From contig CAVPHD010000001.1 of the NCBI GenBank assembly GCA_963704165.1, positions 480,001-544,000 on the forward strand: a stretch of 64,000 bases of DNA. The letters run 5' to 3'. A model generated the notes under the pieces. The model ran no database searches, was not told the origin of the DNA, and worked only from the letters and a program-made list of their open reading frames with translations. Made by a program: the position numbers and the translations under genes. Positions 1 to 9,685 of the stretch are shown piece after piece. Origin of the DNA: an uncultured delta proteobacterium (GTDB lineage: Bacteria > Myxococcota_A > UBA9160 > SZUA-336). The stretch's first letter is position 1, and each line of letters begins with the position of its first letter.

Positions 1-1731
1 ATCTTTGTGAACGTCGGCCCGCGCGAGACGCGGGTCGCCGTCCGCGAGTCCGACAAGATCGTCGAACTCCACATCGAACGCACCAACGAGCGCGGGGTCG
101 CCGGGGGCATCTACAAAGGTAGGGTGACCCGCGTCCTGCCCGGGATGCAGGCCGCATTCGTCGACATCGGGCTCGCTCGCGCGGGATTCCTGTACGTCGG
201 CGACTTCCGATCCGAGATGGACGACGCCGACCTCGACGACGAGAGCGGCGGCGGGCGCTCGCGACGACGCTCAGGGCCACCACCCCAGATCGAGGACGTG
301 CTCCAAGAGGGCAACGAGGTCGTGGTCCAGGTCTCGAAGGAGCCATTGGGCACGAAGGGCGCGCGGATCACCTCGCGCATCTCGATCCCCGGCCGGCACC
401 TGGTGCTCATGCCCTGGGTCTCGCGGGTGGGCGTTTCGCGGAGGATCGAGGGGGACCGCGAGCGCCGGCGTCTGCGGGCGATCGTCGAGAAGTACCGGCC
501 GGGTGAGCTCGGCTTCATCGTGCGCACGGTTTCGCACGGCGTTTCCGAGGCCGACATCAAGGCCGACATCGACTACCTGACGAACCTCTGGACCGAGATC
601 CAGAAGCGAAAGGAAGCGATCCGCGACGTTCCCGCGCTGATCCACAGCGAGCCACCGCTGCACCTGCGCGTGCTGCGCGACATGGCGTCGCACGAGACCA
701 AGATGATCGTGGTCGACGATCCGGATGCCTACGGCGACATGCAGGCGTTCGTGCAGCGATTCATGGCTTCACCGCGACCGCGAATCAACTACTACAGCCA
801 CCCGCAGCCGCTCTTCGACGCCTGGAAGATCGAGAACGAGATCGAAGAGGGGCTCGGACGCAAGGTCTGGCTGAAGTCCGGCGGCTACCTGATCTTCGAC
901 CAGGGCGAGGCGCTGACGGCCGTCGACGTGAACACGGGCCGCTACACGGGCGGCCGTGGCCGCAACCTCGAGGACACGATCCTCAAGACCAATCTCGAAG
1001 CGGTTCGCGAGATCGTCCACCAGCTGCGATTCCGCAATCTCGGCGGGCTGATCATCCTGGACCTGATCGACATGGAGAGCGCGGCGAACCGCGACAAGGT
1101 CTATCGCGCTCTCTCCGAGGCTCTTCGCGAGGACAAGGCCAAGGTCAACATCCTGAAGATCTCCGAGCTCGGCTTGATCGAGATGACGCGCAAGCGCACG
1201 CGCGAGAGTCTCGGCCAGCAGCTCTGTGACTCGTGCCCGACCTGCGAGGGCAAGGGCTATCTGCAATCGAGCCAGACGGTCGCGAATCGCGTCTTCCGAG
1301 ATCTACCCAAGGCCGCGACCTACCTGCACGGCGCGACTCTGCGGGTTCAAGCGCACCCGAGCGTGACGCAGATCCTGCTCGGCGAAGCGATCGAGGGCCT
1401 GGCGAAGGTGCAGGCGAGGATCGGCCGCGAACTCGTCGTCGAGGCGATGCCGTCGATGCAACCGGAGCAGTACGAGATCATCTCCGAGGGACCGCGCGTG
1501 GAGCTCCTGTCCGCAGTGGCTTCCGAGAGCGACCTCAGCTTCGAGATCCCGCCCGAGGCGATCGCGAACGACGAGGACTTCGCCGAGGACGAAATGAAGA
1601 CCGACGATCTCGACTCATCGAGCGTCGCAGATCCGGACGTCGATCCCGAGGTCGAGTCCGAGGTCGACGTCGGGGTGGCGATCGACGCACCCATCGCAGC
1701 ATCCGAGGACGACGACTTCCCGAAAGCCTGA
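1..1731 (+). CDS. rng: Ribonuclease G (Rne/Rng family), 5' end outside the window, acidic C-terminal tail
   Basis: Frame open from base 1 (IFVNVGPRETRVA). S1 domain GIYKGRVTRVLPGMQAAFVDIG, catalytic DVNTG and IILDLIDM, zinc-link CPTCEGKG. Confidence 0.93.
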   Translation: MFVNVGPRETRVAVRESDKIVELHIERTNERGVAGGIYKGRVTRVLPGMQAAFVDIGLARAGFLYVGDFRSEMDDADLDDESGGGRSRRRSGPPPQIEDVLQEGNEVVVQVSKEPLGTKGARITSRISIPGRHLVLMPWVSRVGVSRRIEGDRERRRLRAIVEKYRPGELGFIVRTVSHGVSEADIKADIDYLTNLWTEIQKRKEAIRDVPALIHSEPPLHLRVLRDMASHETKMIVVDDPDAYGDMQAFVQRFMASPRPRINYYSHPQPLFDAWKIENEIEEGLGRKVWLKSGGYLIFDQGEALTAVDVNTGRYTGGRGRNLEDTILKTNLEAVREIVHQLRFRNLGGLIILDLIDMESAANRDKVYRALSEALREDKAKVNILKISELGLIEMTRKRTRESLGQQLCDSCPTCEGKGYLQSSQTVANRVFRDLPKAATYLHGATLRVQAHPSVTQILLGEAIEGLAKVQARIGRELVVEAMPSMQPEQYEIISEGPRVELLSAVASESDLSFEIPPEAIANDEDFAEDEMKTDDLDSSSVADPDVDPEVESEVDVGVAIDAPIAASEDDDFPKA

Positions 1732-1745
1732 GAGCGCGAGCGTCG

Positions 1746-2657
1746 TCAGCGCCTTCGGCTCGAGGATGGACCGCTTTCGCTGAGCCCCGCGCGTCGCAAC
1801 GCGCGGCGCAGCTCGTCGGCAAAACCGAGCGCCGGCTCGCGCGCGAGCGCAGCCGCACGTCCGACGAGCTGGATCGGTCGACGCAAGCCCGGCTCGGGTA
1901 GCTCGACGAGCGTCGCGCTGGGAATTCCGAGCGCGATCGCCAGCGATCGCGGTACCAATCCATGGCCGAAGCCCGCGCGCGCGAGCTGAACCGCGGCGGT
2001 GTAGGACTGGATGGTGGCGTCGATCTCCAGGCGGATTCCGCGCTCTCGCGCGAGGCGCGATAGAGGTGCACGCAACGCTCGGCCCGTGGCGGACCCGGCT
2101 TCGATCGACAGAACCGAGAGCTCGCTTCCGCGCCGAAGCGAGATCTTCTCGAGATTCGAGGGAACGATCACCATCGCCTCCTCGAAGAGCGTCTCGCGGG
2201 CGAGCTCACCTGCAGCGACCTCGATGCCCGCGACGATCGCGAGCATGTACTCACCGGAGCGCACCAGGTCGACCGCGACGGGACTGCGGTGCGCATTGAG
2301 ACGGAAGCGGATGTCCGGGCGCCGGTCGCGAACCTCGGCGAGCACGCGAGGCCCCCAGCTGGCGAGAATCGAATCGGAAACCCCCACGACCAGCCAACCT
2401 CCACTCGCAGAGCGCTCACCGGCGACGGCCTGCCGGAGCTCCGCGAGCAGCGGCCGCGCGCGTTCGAGCAGCCGTTCGGCGGTCGGCGTGAGGCGAACGC
2501 GCCGGCCGGTGCGCTCGCGGAGGCGCGCGCCGACGCGGGCCTCGAGCGCGTCGAGGCGCTTCGTCACCGCCGATTGCGAAATGCGCAGCCGCGTGGCCGC
2601 GCTGCGCATGGTTCCGTGCTCCGAGAGCGCGGCGAGAGCCTCGATCTGATCGATCAT
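1746..2657 (-). CDS. LysR family transcriptional regulator
   Basis: N-terminal HTH (GTMRSAATRLRISQSAVTKRLDALE...RVRLTP), 303 aa, divergent from a TauE-like gene. Confidence 0.92.
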   Translation of the reverse strand: MIDQIEALAALSEHGTMRSAATRLRISQSAVTKRLDALEARVGARLRERTGRRVRLTPTAERLLERARPLLAELRQAVAGERSASGGWLVVGVSDSILASWGPRVLAEVRDRRPDIRFRLNAHRSPVAVDLVRSGEYMLAIVAGIEVAAGELARETLFEEAMVIVPSNLEKISLRRGSELSVLSIEAGSATGRALRAPLSRLARERGIRLEIDATIQSYTAAVQLARAGFGHGLVPRSLAIALGIPSATLVELPEPGLRRPIQLVGRAAALAREPALGFADELRRALRRAGLSESGPSSSRRR

Positions 2658-2748
2658 GATCCAGTCCTTTCTCGACTCGATTCGATCAATCCTATTCCCT
2701 TTTCTTCATCCTGGTGCGAGGCGAGAGTTCGGGAAACGGAGGCTGGAC

Positions 2749-3507
2749 ATGGATCTCCTGGCTGCACTCATCATCGTCGTCGCGTTCGCAACGTCGGTGG
2801 TCTCCGCCGTCCTCGGCATGGCGGGCGGCATGATCCTGATGGGCGTCTACGCGATCACACTTCCGGTGCAGGTCGCCATGATCCTCCACGGAGTGACCCA
2901 GCTCTTCGCGAACGGATTCCGTGCGTACCTGCTGCGCGATCGCATCTACGCCGCCGGGCTTCTCTGGTACGGGCTCGGGGCGTCGACGGCGTTCGCGTTC
3001 TTCACCTGGCTTGCGCTCGTCGTCTCGGGGCCGGTGCTCTTCCTGGTTCTCGGGGCGATTCCGCTCACGCTCTCACTCGTGCCGCGGCGCTTCGCTCCGC
3101 GCTTCGAGAAGCCCGTCTCCGCCTCGTCTTGCGGCGTACTCGTCACGGCCGCGCATCTCCTCGTAGGTGTATCCGGGCCACTTCTCGACGTCTTCTTCGT
3201 GCGCGCCGAGCTCGACCGCTTCGAGGTGATCGCGACGAAGGCCGTCACGCAGACCGCCGGCCACGCGCTGAAGATCCTCTACTTCGCTGCGCTCGTTCCG
3301 GGACCGGAGATCGAGATCGAACTGCCGATCTGGATCTACCCGGCGCTCGTCGCGTGCGCCTATCTCGGCACGAGGGTCGGCGGACGAATCCTCGATTCCC
3401 TCTCCGAGGCGAACTTCCGGCGATGGACGGGGCGAGTCGTGATCGCCCTGTCCCTTCTCTACGTGTGGCGCGGGGCGTCCGGGTTGGGCCTGCCGGTGCC
3501 GTGGTAG
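2749..3507 (+). CDS. Sulfite exporter TauE/SafE (TSUP) family membrane protein
   Basis: GGAGG RBS then ATG 2749. About 8 hydrophobic segments, SAVLGMAGGMIL and VGVSGPLL motifs. Confidence 0.8.
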   Translation: MDLLAALIIVVAFATSVVSAVLGMAGGMILMGVYAITLPVQVAMILHGVTQLFANGFRAYLLRDRIYAAGLLWYGLGASTAFAFFTWLALVVSGPVLFLVLGAIPLTLSLVPRRFAPRFEKPVSASSCGVLVTAAHLLVGVSGPLLDVFFVRAELDRFEVIATKAVTQTAGHALKILYFAALVPGPEIEIELPIWIYPALVACAYLGTRVGGRILDSLSEANFRRWTGRVVIALSLLYVWRGASGLGLPVPW

Positions 3508-3517
3508 CCTGCGTGCC

Positions 3518-4900
3518 GTGTCCACCGCGCCGGTTCCATCCGATCCAGAAGCTCCTCGCGCTGCACCCGTAGAGCAGGACCGCCTGTCGTGGGCGGCGAT
3601 CTTCGACTACGTGGCGCCGACCTTCGGCCTCGGCTTCATGTTCCTGCTGCTCTCGATCTACATCCTGAAATTCGCCACCGACGTCCTCGGGATGTCGGCT
3701 GCGGTGATGGGCATGATCCTGCTCCTCGGCCGTGGTCTCGATGCGTTCGTCGACCCGATCGTCGGCTACCTTTCGGATCGCACCAAGACGCGTCTTGGCC
3801 GACGACGTCCATGGCTGCTCGCATCGATGGTTCCGCTCGGACTGACGTTCGTCCTGATCTGGATTCCACCGCGCGACCTCAGCCCCGGGATGATGACCGT
3901 GTGGATGGCCGTCACGGTCGTCGCCTTCTATTTCGCGACGAGCGTGCTCATCATCCCGCACACGGCGCTCGGGGCGGAGCTCACCGACAGCTATCACGAC
4001 CGAACGCGCATCTTCGGGGGGCGCCACGCCGGCTGGATCATCGGCTCGTTCGCGGCGATCGGCGGCCTGCTCGCGCTCGACCGCTCGACGGACGTGCGCG
4101 CCACCGCATTCGAGCTCGCGCTCGGTGCGGGGATCATCACCGCGATGCTGATCCTGTGGACGTCCTGGCGGCTTCGCGAACGTCCCGAGTACCAGGGGCG
4201 CGGCTCGGATCACCCCTTTCGCGCGTTCGGAGACGTTTGGCGCAATCCCCACGCTCGGCTTCTCCTGCTCGTGTTCGGGATCGAGAGCCTCGGTGCTGCG
4301 ACCATCGGCATCCTGACGCCGTACGTCGCGCAGTACGTCGTGAACCGAGGCGACCTCGGGCCCGCGGTGATCGGTGTCTACATGCTCGCGAGCTTCGCAT
4401 TCGTACCGGTCTGGCTTCCGCTTTCGCGGCGCTTCGGCAAGAAATCGCTCTGGCTCGCGTCGATGCTGCTGACCGCGGTGTCGTTCGGCGCGATGTTCTT
4501 CCTGGCCGAAGACACGGTCGTGCTGATGACGGTACTCGCGATCGGCGCCGGCACCGCGGCGAGCTGCGGCGCGATGTTGGGCCCATCGATCCAAGCGGAC
4601 GTGATCGACTGGGACGAGCACGCGACCGGCGAGCGCAAAGAAGGCGCCTACTTCGCGGCCTGGAACTTCGTCTTCAAGATCGCCACCGGGATCACTCAGG
4701 CGCTGACCGGCTTCGTCCTGACGTTCTCTGGCTACCTGCCGAACGTCGAACAGACGCCGGCGGTGAAGACGACGATCCTCGCGCTCTACGGGCTCTTTCC
4801 GATGGCCTGCTACCTGATCGGAGCGCTGATGTTCGCGCGATTCAAGCTCGACGAGGCGGGCTACGCGGTCATTCGCAGCGACCTGGACGCGAGGCGATGA
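3518..4900 (+). CDS. MFS transporter, GPH (Na+/melibiose symporter-like) family
   Basis: DAFVDPIVGYLSDRTKTRLGRRRPW and ADVIDWDEHATGERKEGAYF signatures, ~12 TM segments. Confidence 0.9.
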   Translation: MSTAPVPSDPEAPRAAPVEQDRLSWAAIFDYVAPTFGLGFMFLLLSIYILKFATDVLGMSAAVMGMILLLGRGLDAFVDPIVGYLSDRTKTRLGRRRPWLLASMVPLGLTFVLIWIPPRDLSPGMMTVWMAVTVVAFYFATSVLIIPHTALGAELTDSYHDRTRIFGGRHAGWIIGSFAAIGGLLALDRSTDVRATAFELALGAGIITAMLILWTSWRLRERPEYQGRGSDHPFRAFGDVWRNPHARLLLLVFGIESLGAATIGILTPYVAQYVVNRGDLGPAVIGVYMLASFAFVPVWLPLSRRFGKKSLWLASMLLTAVSFGAMFFLAEDTVVLMTVLAIGAGTAASCGAMLGPSIQADVIDWDEHATGERKEGAYFAAWNFVFKIATGITQALTGFVLTFSGYLPNVEQTPAVKTTILALYGLFPMACYLIGALMFARFKLDEAGYAVIRSDLDARR

Positions 4901-4904
4901 GGCG

Positions 4905-5885
4905 CTAGCGACAGCGAACGGTGTCGATGCGTCGCCGATCGCCCTGACCGCGGACCTCGATGCGGTACTGGGGCTCGAAGCCGAGCATGTCGTGGGCGAG
5001 TCGCGCGTTGACGACGATTCCGTAGCGGTGGAACGTGGTCGTGTGTGAGCGTCGGCGGCCGAGGGCTTGCTCGACGAGCGAGATCGCGCCCCCGAGCGCC
5101 GCAGGAAGTGCAATCGGTCCGAGATGCCGCACGCTCTCGCGCAGCTGAGAGCGCGGAAAGATCTCGTGCCCCGCGATGTTGTAGATCCCGGGACGGTCGG
5201 CGTGAAGCGCGAGCAGGAGCGAGCGAGCGACGTCGCGCTCCGAAACCACGGAGAACATCGGGTCGTAGCCGACCGCTGCCTCGCCGTGCAAGAGCGGCGG
5301 CGAGTTCAAGAACTCGCCCGACTCGGTCACGATCGTCGCCGCACGCAGGATCGTGGTCCGAAGCGCGGAGCCGTGCAGCTCTCCCTGGCAGATCAGGTCC
5401 GCATCGATCCACGCGCGGACCTCGGCATCCCCCTCGCCGTCGAAGCCGAGCAGCTGGTTCTCCGAGACGAGATTCACGTTGCCCGGCTCTGCGCTGTACA
5501 CGAAGACGCTCGACAGGTAGACGAATCGCTCGATCGCAGGGCGCGAAGCGCACTCCTCGACGAGTCGGCGCGTCTCCGAAACGAGCGAAGGCACGCCGCC
5601 CGGCACGCGTTCCCCCGGCCGCTCGATCGCGAACGGCAGATGGATCACCGAGTCCACGCGCGCGCGCGCGAAGCGCTCCGAATGCAGGAAGCTCTGGAGA
5701 TGCCGTGCCTTCGCGAGATCGAGCCGCTGGTAGGCGACCTTCCCGCGGTAGGGAGCCAGAAACGAGGGCTCGGCTTCGGTGCCGACGCCGACCACGAGGG
5801 CGACGTCGGGGTCGTGGAAGAGCGCCTTCGCGAGGCGACGTCCAATCGGGGATTCGATGTGTGTGACGAGCACTCGGCGCATCAC
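4905..5885 (-). CDS. NAD-dependent epimerase/dehydratase-like (extended SDR fold), degenerate motifs
   Basis: RVLVT start, VIHL, FVYLSSVFVY, TTILRAA, GIYNIAG, LGFEP. GxxGxxG is replaced by HIESPIG. Confidence 0.75.
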   Translation of the reverse strand: MMRRVLVTHIESPIGRRLAKALFHDPDVALVVGVGTEAEPSFLAPYRGKVAYQRLDLAKARHLQSFLHSERFARARVDSVIHLPFAIERPGERVPGGVPSLVSETRRLVEECASRPAIERFVYLSSVFVYSAEPGNVNLVSENQLLGFDGEGDAEVRAWIDADLICQGELHGSALRTTILRAATIVTESGEFLNSPPLLHGEAAVGYDPMFSVVSERDVARSLLLALHADRPGIYNIAGHEIFPRSQLRESVRHLGPIALPAALGGAISLVEQALGRRRSHTTTFHRYGIVVNARLAHDMLGFEPQYRIEVRGQGDRRRIDTVRCR

Positions 5886-6973
5886 GCCCTCTTCGCGCGC
5901 CGCGCGATCACGCGCTGGTCGACCATCTCCTGGATGCGACGGCGCACCTGCTCGGCCAGATAACGAACGGCATGCGGATCGTCCGCGGTCTCCGCGGAGA
6001 ACTCCTCATGGAAGCGGAACGGCTCGCCGTAGGCGATCTCGTAGCGGACGGGGTAGGGCAACAACCCTAGCGGCCCGAGCAGCGGGAACGTCGGAGTGAT
6101 CGGGAAGAACGGGAGACCGAGCAGCTTGGCGAGCGGCTGTGCGTCCCAGAGCAGCGGGGCCTGGTCGTCGGCGCCGACGATCGCGACGGGAATGATCGGC
6201 ACGCGATGGCGCAGGGACTCCTCGACGAAGCCGAGGTGAAACGACTGGAGCACGTAGCGATCGGCCGCGCGTTTGCGGATTCCCGCCATGCCCTCCGGGA
6301 AGATCAAGACCAGCTGCTTCGCGTCGAGGAGCTCGCGCACGTTGTCCCGGGTTCCGATCACCTGTCCCACGCGCGCGTAGAAGACGTTCACGAACGGAAG
6401 CGAGCCGGCCCAGCGATCGACCACCGTGCGAATCAAACGGGGTGGCTCACCGGCGAGAATGCCGTCGGCCACCACCATCGAGGCATCGAAGGGGAGGAGC
6501 CCGCCGTGATTCGCGGCGAGGATCGCGCCTTCCTTCTCCGGAATCACGCCGTGGCCGGAGCTCTCGACGCGGAACCAGTACTTGTAGAGCAGCTTGAAGA
6601 ACGCGAGCGCTCGTCTCGCGACGCGCGGCGACATGCCGAATTCGTCGTACGACCGACCGTCGAGCCGGCCGAAGATCCGCGCGAGCCGATCGTCGTCGCT
6701 GCGCGTGAGCATCCAGCTCGCGAGGCGATCGAGCGAACCCGCCGACTCGTCGAGGTCTTCGAAACTCGGCAGCTCCGGGATCGGCGGACCCAGGTCCGGG
6801 GGTTCGGACGGGCCCGGTTTCACGCTTCTCGGCGGAACGGTCCGAGTCTCGATCACCACGCGCATGCTCGTCTCGCGCAGGCGAATCAGGTACGGAAGCG
6901 TGCCGTCGCTCTGCGAGAACGGATCGCTCCCGAGCGCGGGACCCCCCGTGGCGACGGCGTCGTCCGTGCTCAC
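5882..6973 (-). CDS. Lysophospholipid/MGAT-like acyltransferase with N-terminal extension
   Basis: NHGGLLPFD catalytic motif, LIFPEG, PIIPVAIVG, PYPVRY. Confidence 0.88.
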   Translation of the reverse strand: MSTDDAVATGGPALGSDPFSQSDGTLPYLIRLRETSMRVVIETRTVPPRSVKPGPSEPPDLGPPIPELPSFEDLDESAGSLDRLASWMLTRSDDDRLARIFGRLDGRSYDEFGMSPRVARRALAFFKLLYKYWFRVESSGHGVIPEKEGAILAANHGGLLPFDASMVVADGILAGEPPRLIRTVVDRWAGSLPFVNVFYARVGQVIGTRDNVRELLDAKQLVLIFPEGMAGIRKRAADRYVLQSFHLGFVEESLRHRVPIIPVAIVGADDQAPLLWDAQPLAKLLGLPFFPITPTFPLLGPLGLLPYPVRYEIAYGEPFRFHEEFSAETADDPHAVRYLAEQVRRRIQEMVDQRVIARRAKRA

Positions 6974-7848
6974 GATCGAAACCTCGCGGGCTCGCGCGCG
7001 AGCAATTCGTCGGCGACCGCGGCCATCCAGCGAGCGGCGGTCGAGCGCGGAGCGTACTCGAAGATCGTCTTCGCGCGGCTCTGCGCCTCGTCGATCAACA
7101 CGGAGTAGCCGAGAACCGTCTGCGCGATCTGCTTCGGGAAATGCTGTCTCAGCTTCTCGAGGATCTCCGCTGCCATCCGCGTGTTGCGATGAAACGTCGG
7201 AACGACGAGGGAGATCTCGAGTGCAGGATGCGCGAACCTCGTCCTCACCATTTCGACGGTTCGCACCAGCTCCGCCGCACCGTCGAGGGCGAGGTAGGTG
7301 AGCGGCACCGGCAGGACGATCTCGTTCGCCGCGAGCAGAGCGTTCAGCGTTACGACGCCGAACGAGGGCGGCGCGTCGAAGAGCACGAAGTCGTACGCGG
7401 GTGCGCGCTCCAGCGCGTCGCGCAGACAGTGATTCTCGTCACCCTCGTGTCCGGCCGCCTCCTGCGGGAAGAGCGCGAGCGACTTGTTCGACGGGATGAT
7501 GTCGAGATTCGGATGGCGCGCGCGGATGATCGGCAGCGCCGGACGCGTCTCCTCGCCGAGCAGCGAGTCGAGCAGAAGATTCAGGGCCGTACGCCGTGCC
7601 GCACCCACGTCGACACCGAGCACCTTGCCGAGCTGGCCCTGGGGATCGAGATCGATCAGCAAGACCCGCTTGCCGTGCTCGCGAGCCAGGTAGTCCCCGA
7701 CGCTGGACGTGAGCGTCGTCTTGCAGCTGCCGCCCTTCTCGTTGATGAAGGCGATGCGTCGCGCGATGGCTGCTTTCCCCCCGCGGACCGCAGACACCGA
7801 CGCTGCGCCCCACGAGCCCTTGGTATTCCTTGAAGGGGAGCCTGTCAA
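6970..7848 (-). CDS. ParA/Soj family ATPase (orphan, no parB)
   Basis: IAFINEKGGSCKTT deviant Walker A, LLIDLDPQG, FDAPPSFG, NALLAA. True start may be somewhat downstream. Confidence 0.9.
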   Translation of the reverse strand: MTGSPSRNTKGSWGAASVSAVRGGKAAIARRIAFINEKGGSCKTTLTSSVGDYLAREHGKRVLLIDLDPQGQLGKVLGVDVGAARRTALNLLLDSLLGEETRPALPIIRARHPNLDIIPSNKSLALFPQEAAGHEGDENHCLRDALERAPAYDFVLFDAPPSFGVVTLNALLAANEIVLPVPLTYLALDGAAELVRTVEMVRTRFAHPALEISLVVPTFHRNTRMAAEILEKLRQHFPKQIAQTVLGYSVLIDEAQSRAKTIFEYAPRSTAARWMAAVADELLAREPARFRS

Positions 7849-8654
7849 TCATTCCGCGTCGAACGCTCGAGTCGAGCGCGAAGCGGAGCCGCGACATTCG
7901 CCGTGTGTGCGAGTCGAACTGGGGTGATCGACACCCGACCGCTCCGCACGACGGAGAGGTCCGTGAGCATTCCGACACCGTCGGAGTCGCGCAGCGCTCC
8001 GTCGAAATCGTGCACGTACAGACCTTCGGCCTTGCGGCGAAACAGTCGGTCGTAGCCGACGGCAGCGAGTTCGGTCACGACGCGCGGCGTCTCGATGTCG
8101 GCCTCGATCGGGTAGTTCACCGAGAGCAGGTCGACCCCTTCGGGAAATCCCTCGTCTCGTACGCAGCGGACGACGTCGGCCCCGACGCTCGCGGCGCGTC
8201 GCCAGATCGGATCGTCGGGATTGCCGACCGCGTCGCGCTTCCACGCGCGGTCCTCGCCCGGTCGGCCGATCGAGAGCGCGATCGCGGGAATGCCAGCGAT
8301 CCAGCCTTCCATGGCCGCACCGACCGTGCCGCTCGACAGAAAGAAGCCGAGCCCGACATTCAGACCGATGTTCACGCCCGAGACGACCAGCTCCGGCGGC
8401 TCGTCGAAGAGCGAGTGCACGGCGAGATTGGTGCAGTCCGCCGGGAAGCCGCGGACCGCAACGACCTCGATCCCTTCGCGCTCGCTTCGCGCCACGCGAA
8501 GCTCGTCCCACCGCGAGATCGCCTTTCCGATCCAGCTGCGCTCACCGTCGGGGACGACCACACGCACGCGACCGAGCCGTGCCAGCTCGCGGGCGAGCGG
8601 CATGAGCGCGGGTGAATCGATTCCATCATCGTTCGTGACCAGGATGTAGGACAC
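7845..8654 (-). CDS. surE: 5'/3'-nucleotidase SurE
   Basis: ILVTNDDGI, GFPADC, VVSGVNIGLNVG, SGTVGAAMEG. GTG start at 8654. Confidence 0.93.
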   Translation of the reverse strand: MSYILVTNDDGIDSPALMPLARELARLGRVRVVVPDGERSWIGKAISRWDELRVARSEREGIEVVAVRGFPADCTNLAVHSLFDEPPELVVSGVNIGLNVGLGFFLSSGTVGAAMEGWIAGIPAIALSIGRPGEDRAWKRDAVGNPDDPIWRRAASVGADVVRCVRDEGFPEGVDLLSVNYPIEADIETPRVVTELAAVGYDRLFRRKAEGLYVHDFDGALRDSDGVGMLTDLSVVRSGRVSITPVRLAHTANVAAPLRARLERSTRND

Positions 8655-8694
8655 CGTGCGGCAGGATAGCCCGCGCGCCGGTACGATTCCCTCG

Positions 8695-9312
8695 ATGGCC
8701 GACCCGACCGACGAGCCGCTCGACCTCGCTCGGATTCGCACGAGGATCGAGGCGCATCGCCCCGCTCTCGTAGCGCCTCTCGGCGAGCCGACGCTGCTAG
8801 CCGCAGTCGCCTTGGTCTTCCATCAGCCACCCGGAGGCGAGCCCGAGCTCCTGTTCATCGAGCGCGCGCGAAAAGAGGGTGATCCCTGGTCGGGACAGAT
8901 GGCGTTCCCGGGTGGGCGACGCGATCCGACCGATTCCGACATCGCGGCAACCGCGGCTCGCGAGGCGCTCGAAGAGGTGGGCGTGGAGGTCGGAATCCCG
9001 TTCGGGCGTCTCGACGATTTCTCGGGCAGCCGGAACCCGCGCGTGCCTCCTCTGGTCGTCTCGCCGTTCGTCTACGAGGCGCCCGAGCGGCCGCAGCTTC
9101 GGCCGAACGCGGAGGTCCAATCGACGGTCTGGATCCCGGTTCCGTGGATCCTGCACCCGGATTCGTCGTACGACTATCGCTTCGAACGTCCCGAGTACGC
9201 CGGTACGTTCCCCGCCATCCGCTACGACCGCTACACCGTCTGGGGTCTCACGTACCGAATCCTCGGCAACTTGTTCTCGGTACTCGGACGCGAGCTCAAA
9301 TCGGCGGAGTGA
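8695..9312 (+). CDS. Nudix hydrolase, CoA pyrophosphatase subfamily
   Basis: WSGQMAFPGG followed by Nudix box AAREALEEVG, and VWGLTYRIL. Confidence 0.9.
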   Translation: MADPTDEPLDLARIRTRIEAHRPALVAPLGEPTLLAAVALVFHQPPGGEPELLFIERARKEGDPWSGQMAFPGGRRDPTDSDIAATAAREALEEVGVEVGIPFGRLDDFSGSRNPRVPPLVVSPFVYEAPERPQLRPNAEVQSTVWIPVPWILHPDSSYDYRFERPEYAGTFPAIRYDRYTVWGLTYRILGNLFSVLGRELKSAE

Positions 9313-9685
9313 CGCTGGGCGCGAAGACCCGAAACGACGCGATCGTCTGGGCGACGATCGCTGCGACCGCGAGCAGACCGGGGCGTCGTGCGCCCTCGGC
9401 CCAATAGCGCCGCGCGTACACGCTCGCGACGACGAAGTTCACGTACGGGATCAGCGCCGTCGCGGTGAACAGAAGGCCCCAGCCGAAGCTCCTGCGCGCG
9501 GCGAGAATCCAAAGCCAGAGACCCGCGGTCAGCAGCGCGCCCAGGCTCGCGCAGAGAAGCAGCAGGTCGACGGACCGGACGCCCATGTCGCTCATCGAAA
9601 CGATCAAGACCGAGGTCGACATGCCGAACGCGAGCCACAGAACCGCCTGCCAGGTTTCGGACAGATCGTGCTGGCTCGGAATCAC
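9296..9685 (-). CDS. Hypothetical small membrane protein (about 4 TM)
   Basis: GTG at 9685 overlaps the upstream stop (GTGA). Hydrophobic 129-aa product (MIPSQHDLSETWQAVLWLAFG...). Confidence 0.65.
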   Translation of the reverse strand: MIPSQHDLSETWQAVLWLAFGMSTSVLIVSMSDMGVRSVDLLLLCASLGALLTAGLWLWILAARRSFGWGLLFTATALIPYVNFVVASVYARRYWAEGARRPGLLAVAAIVAQTIASFRVFAPSVTPPI

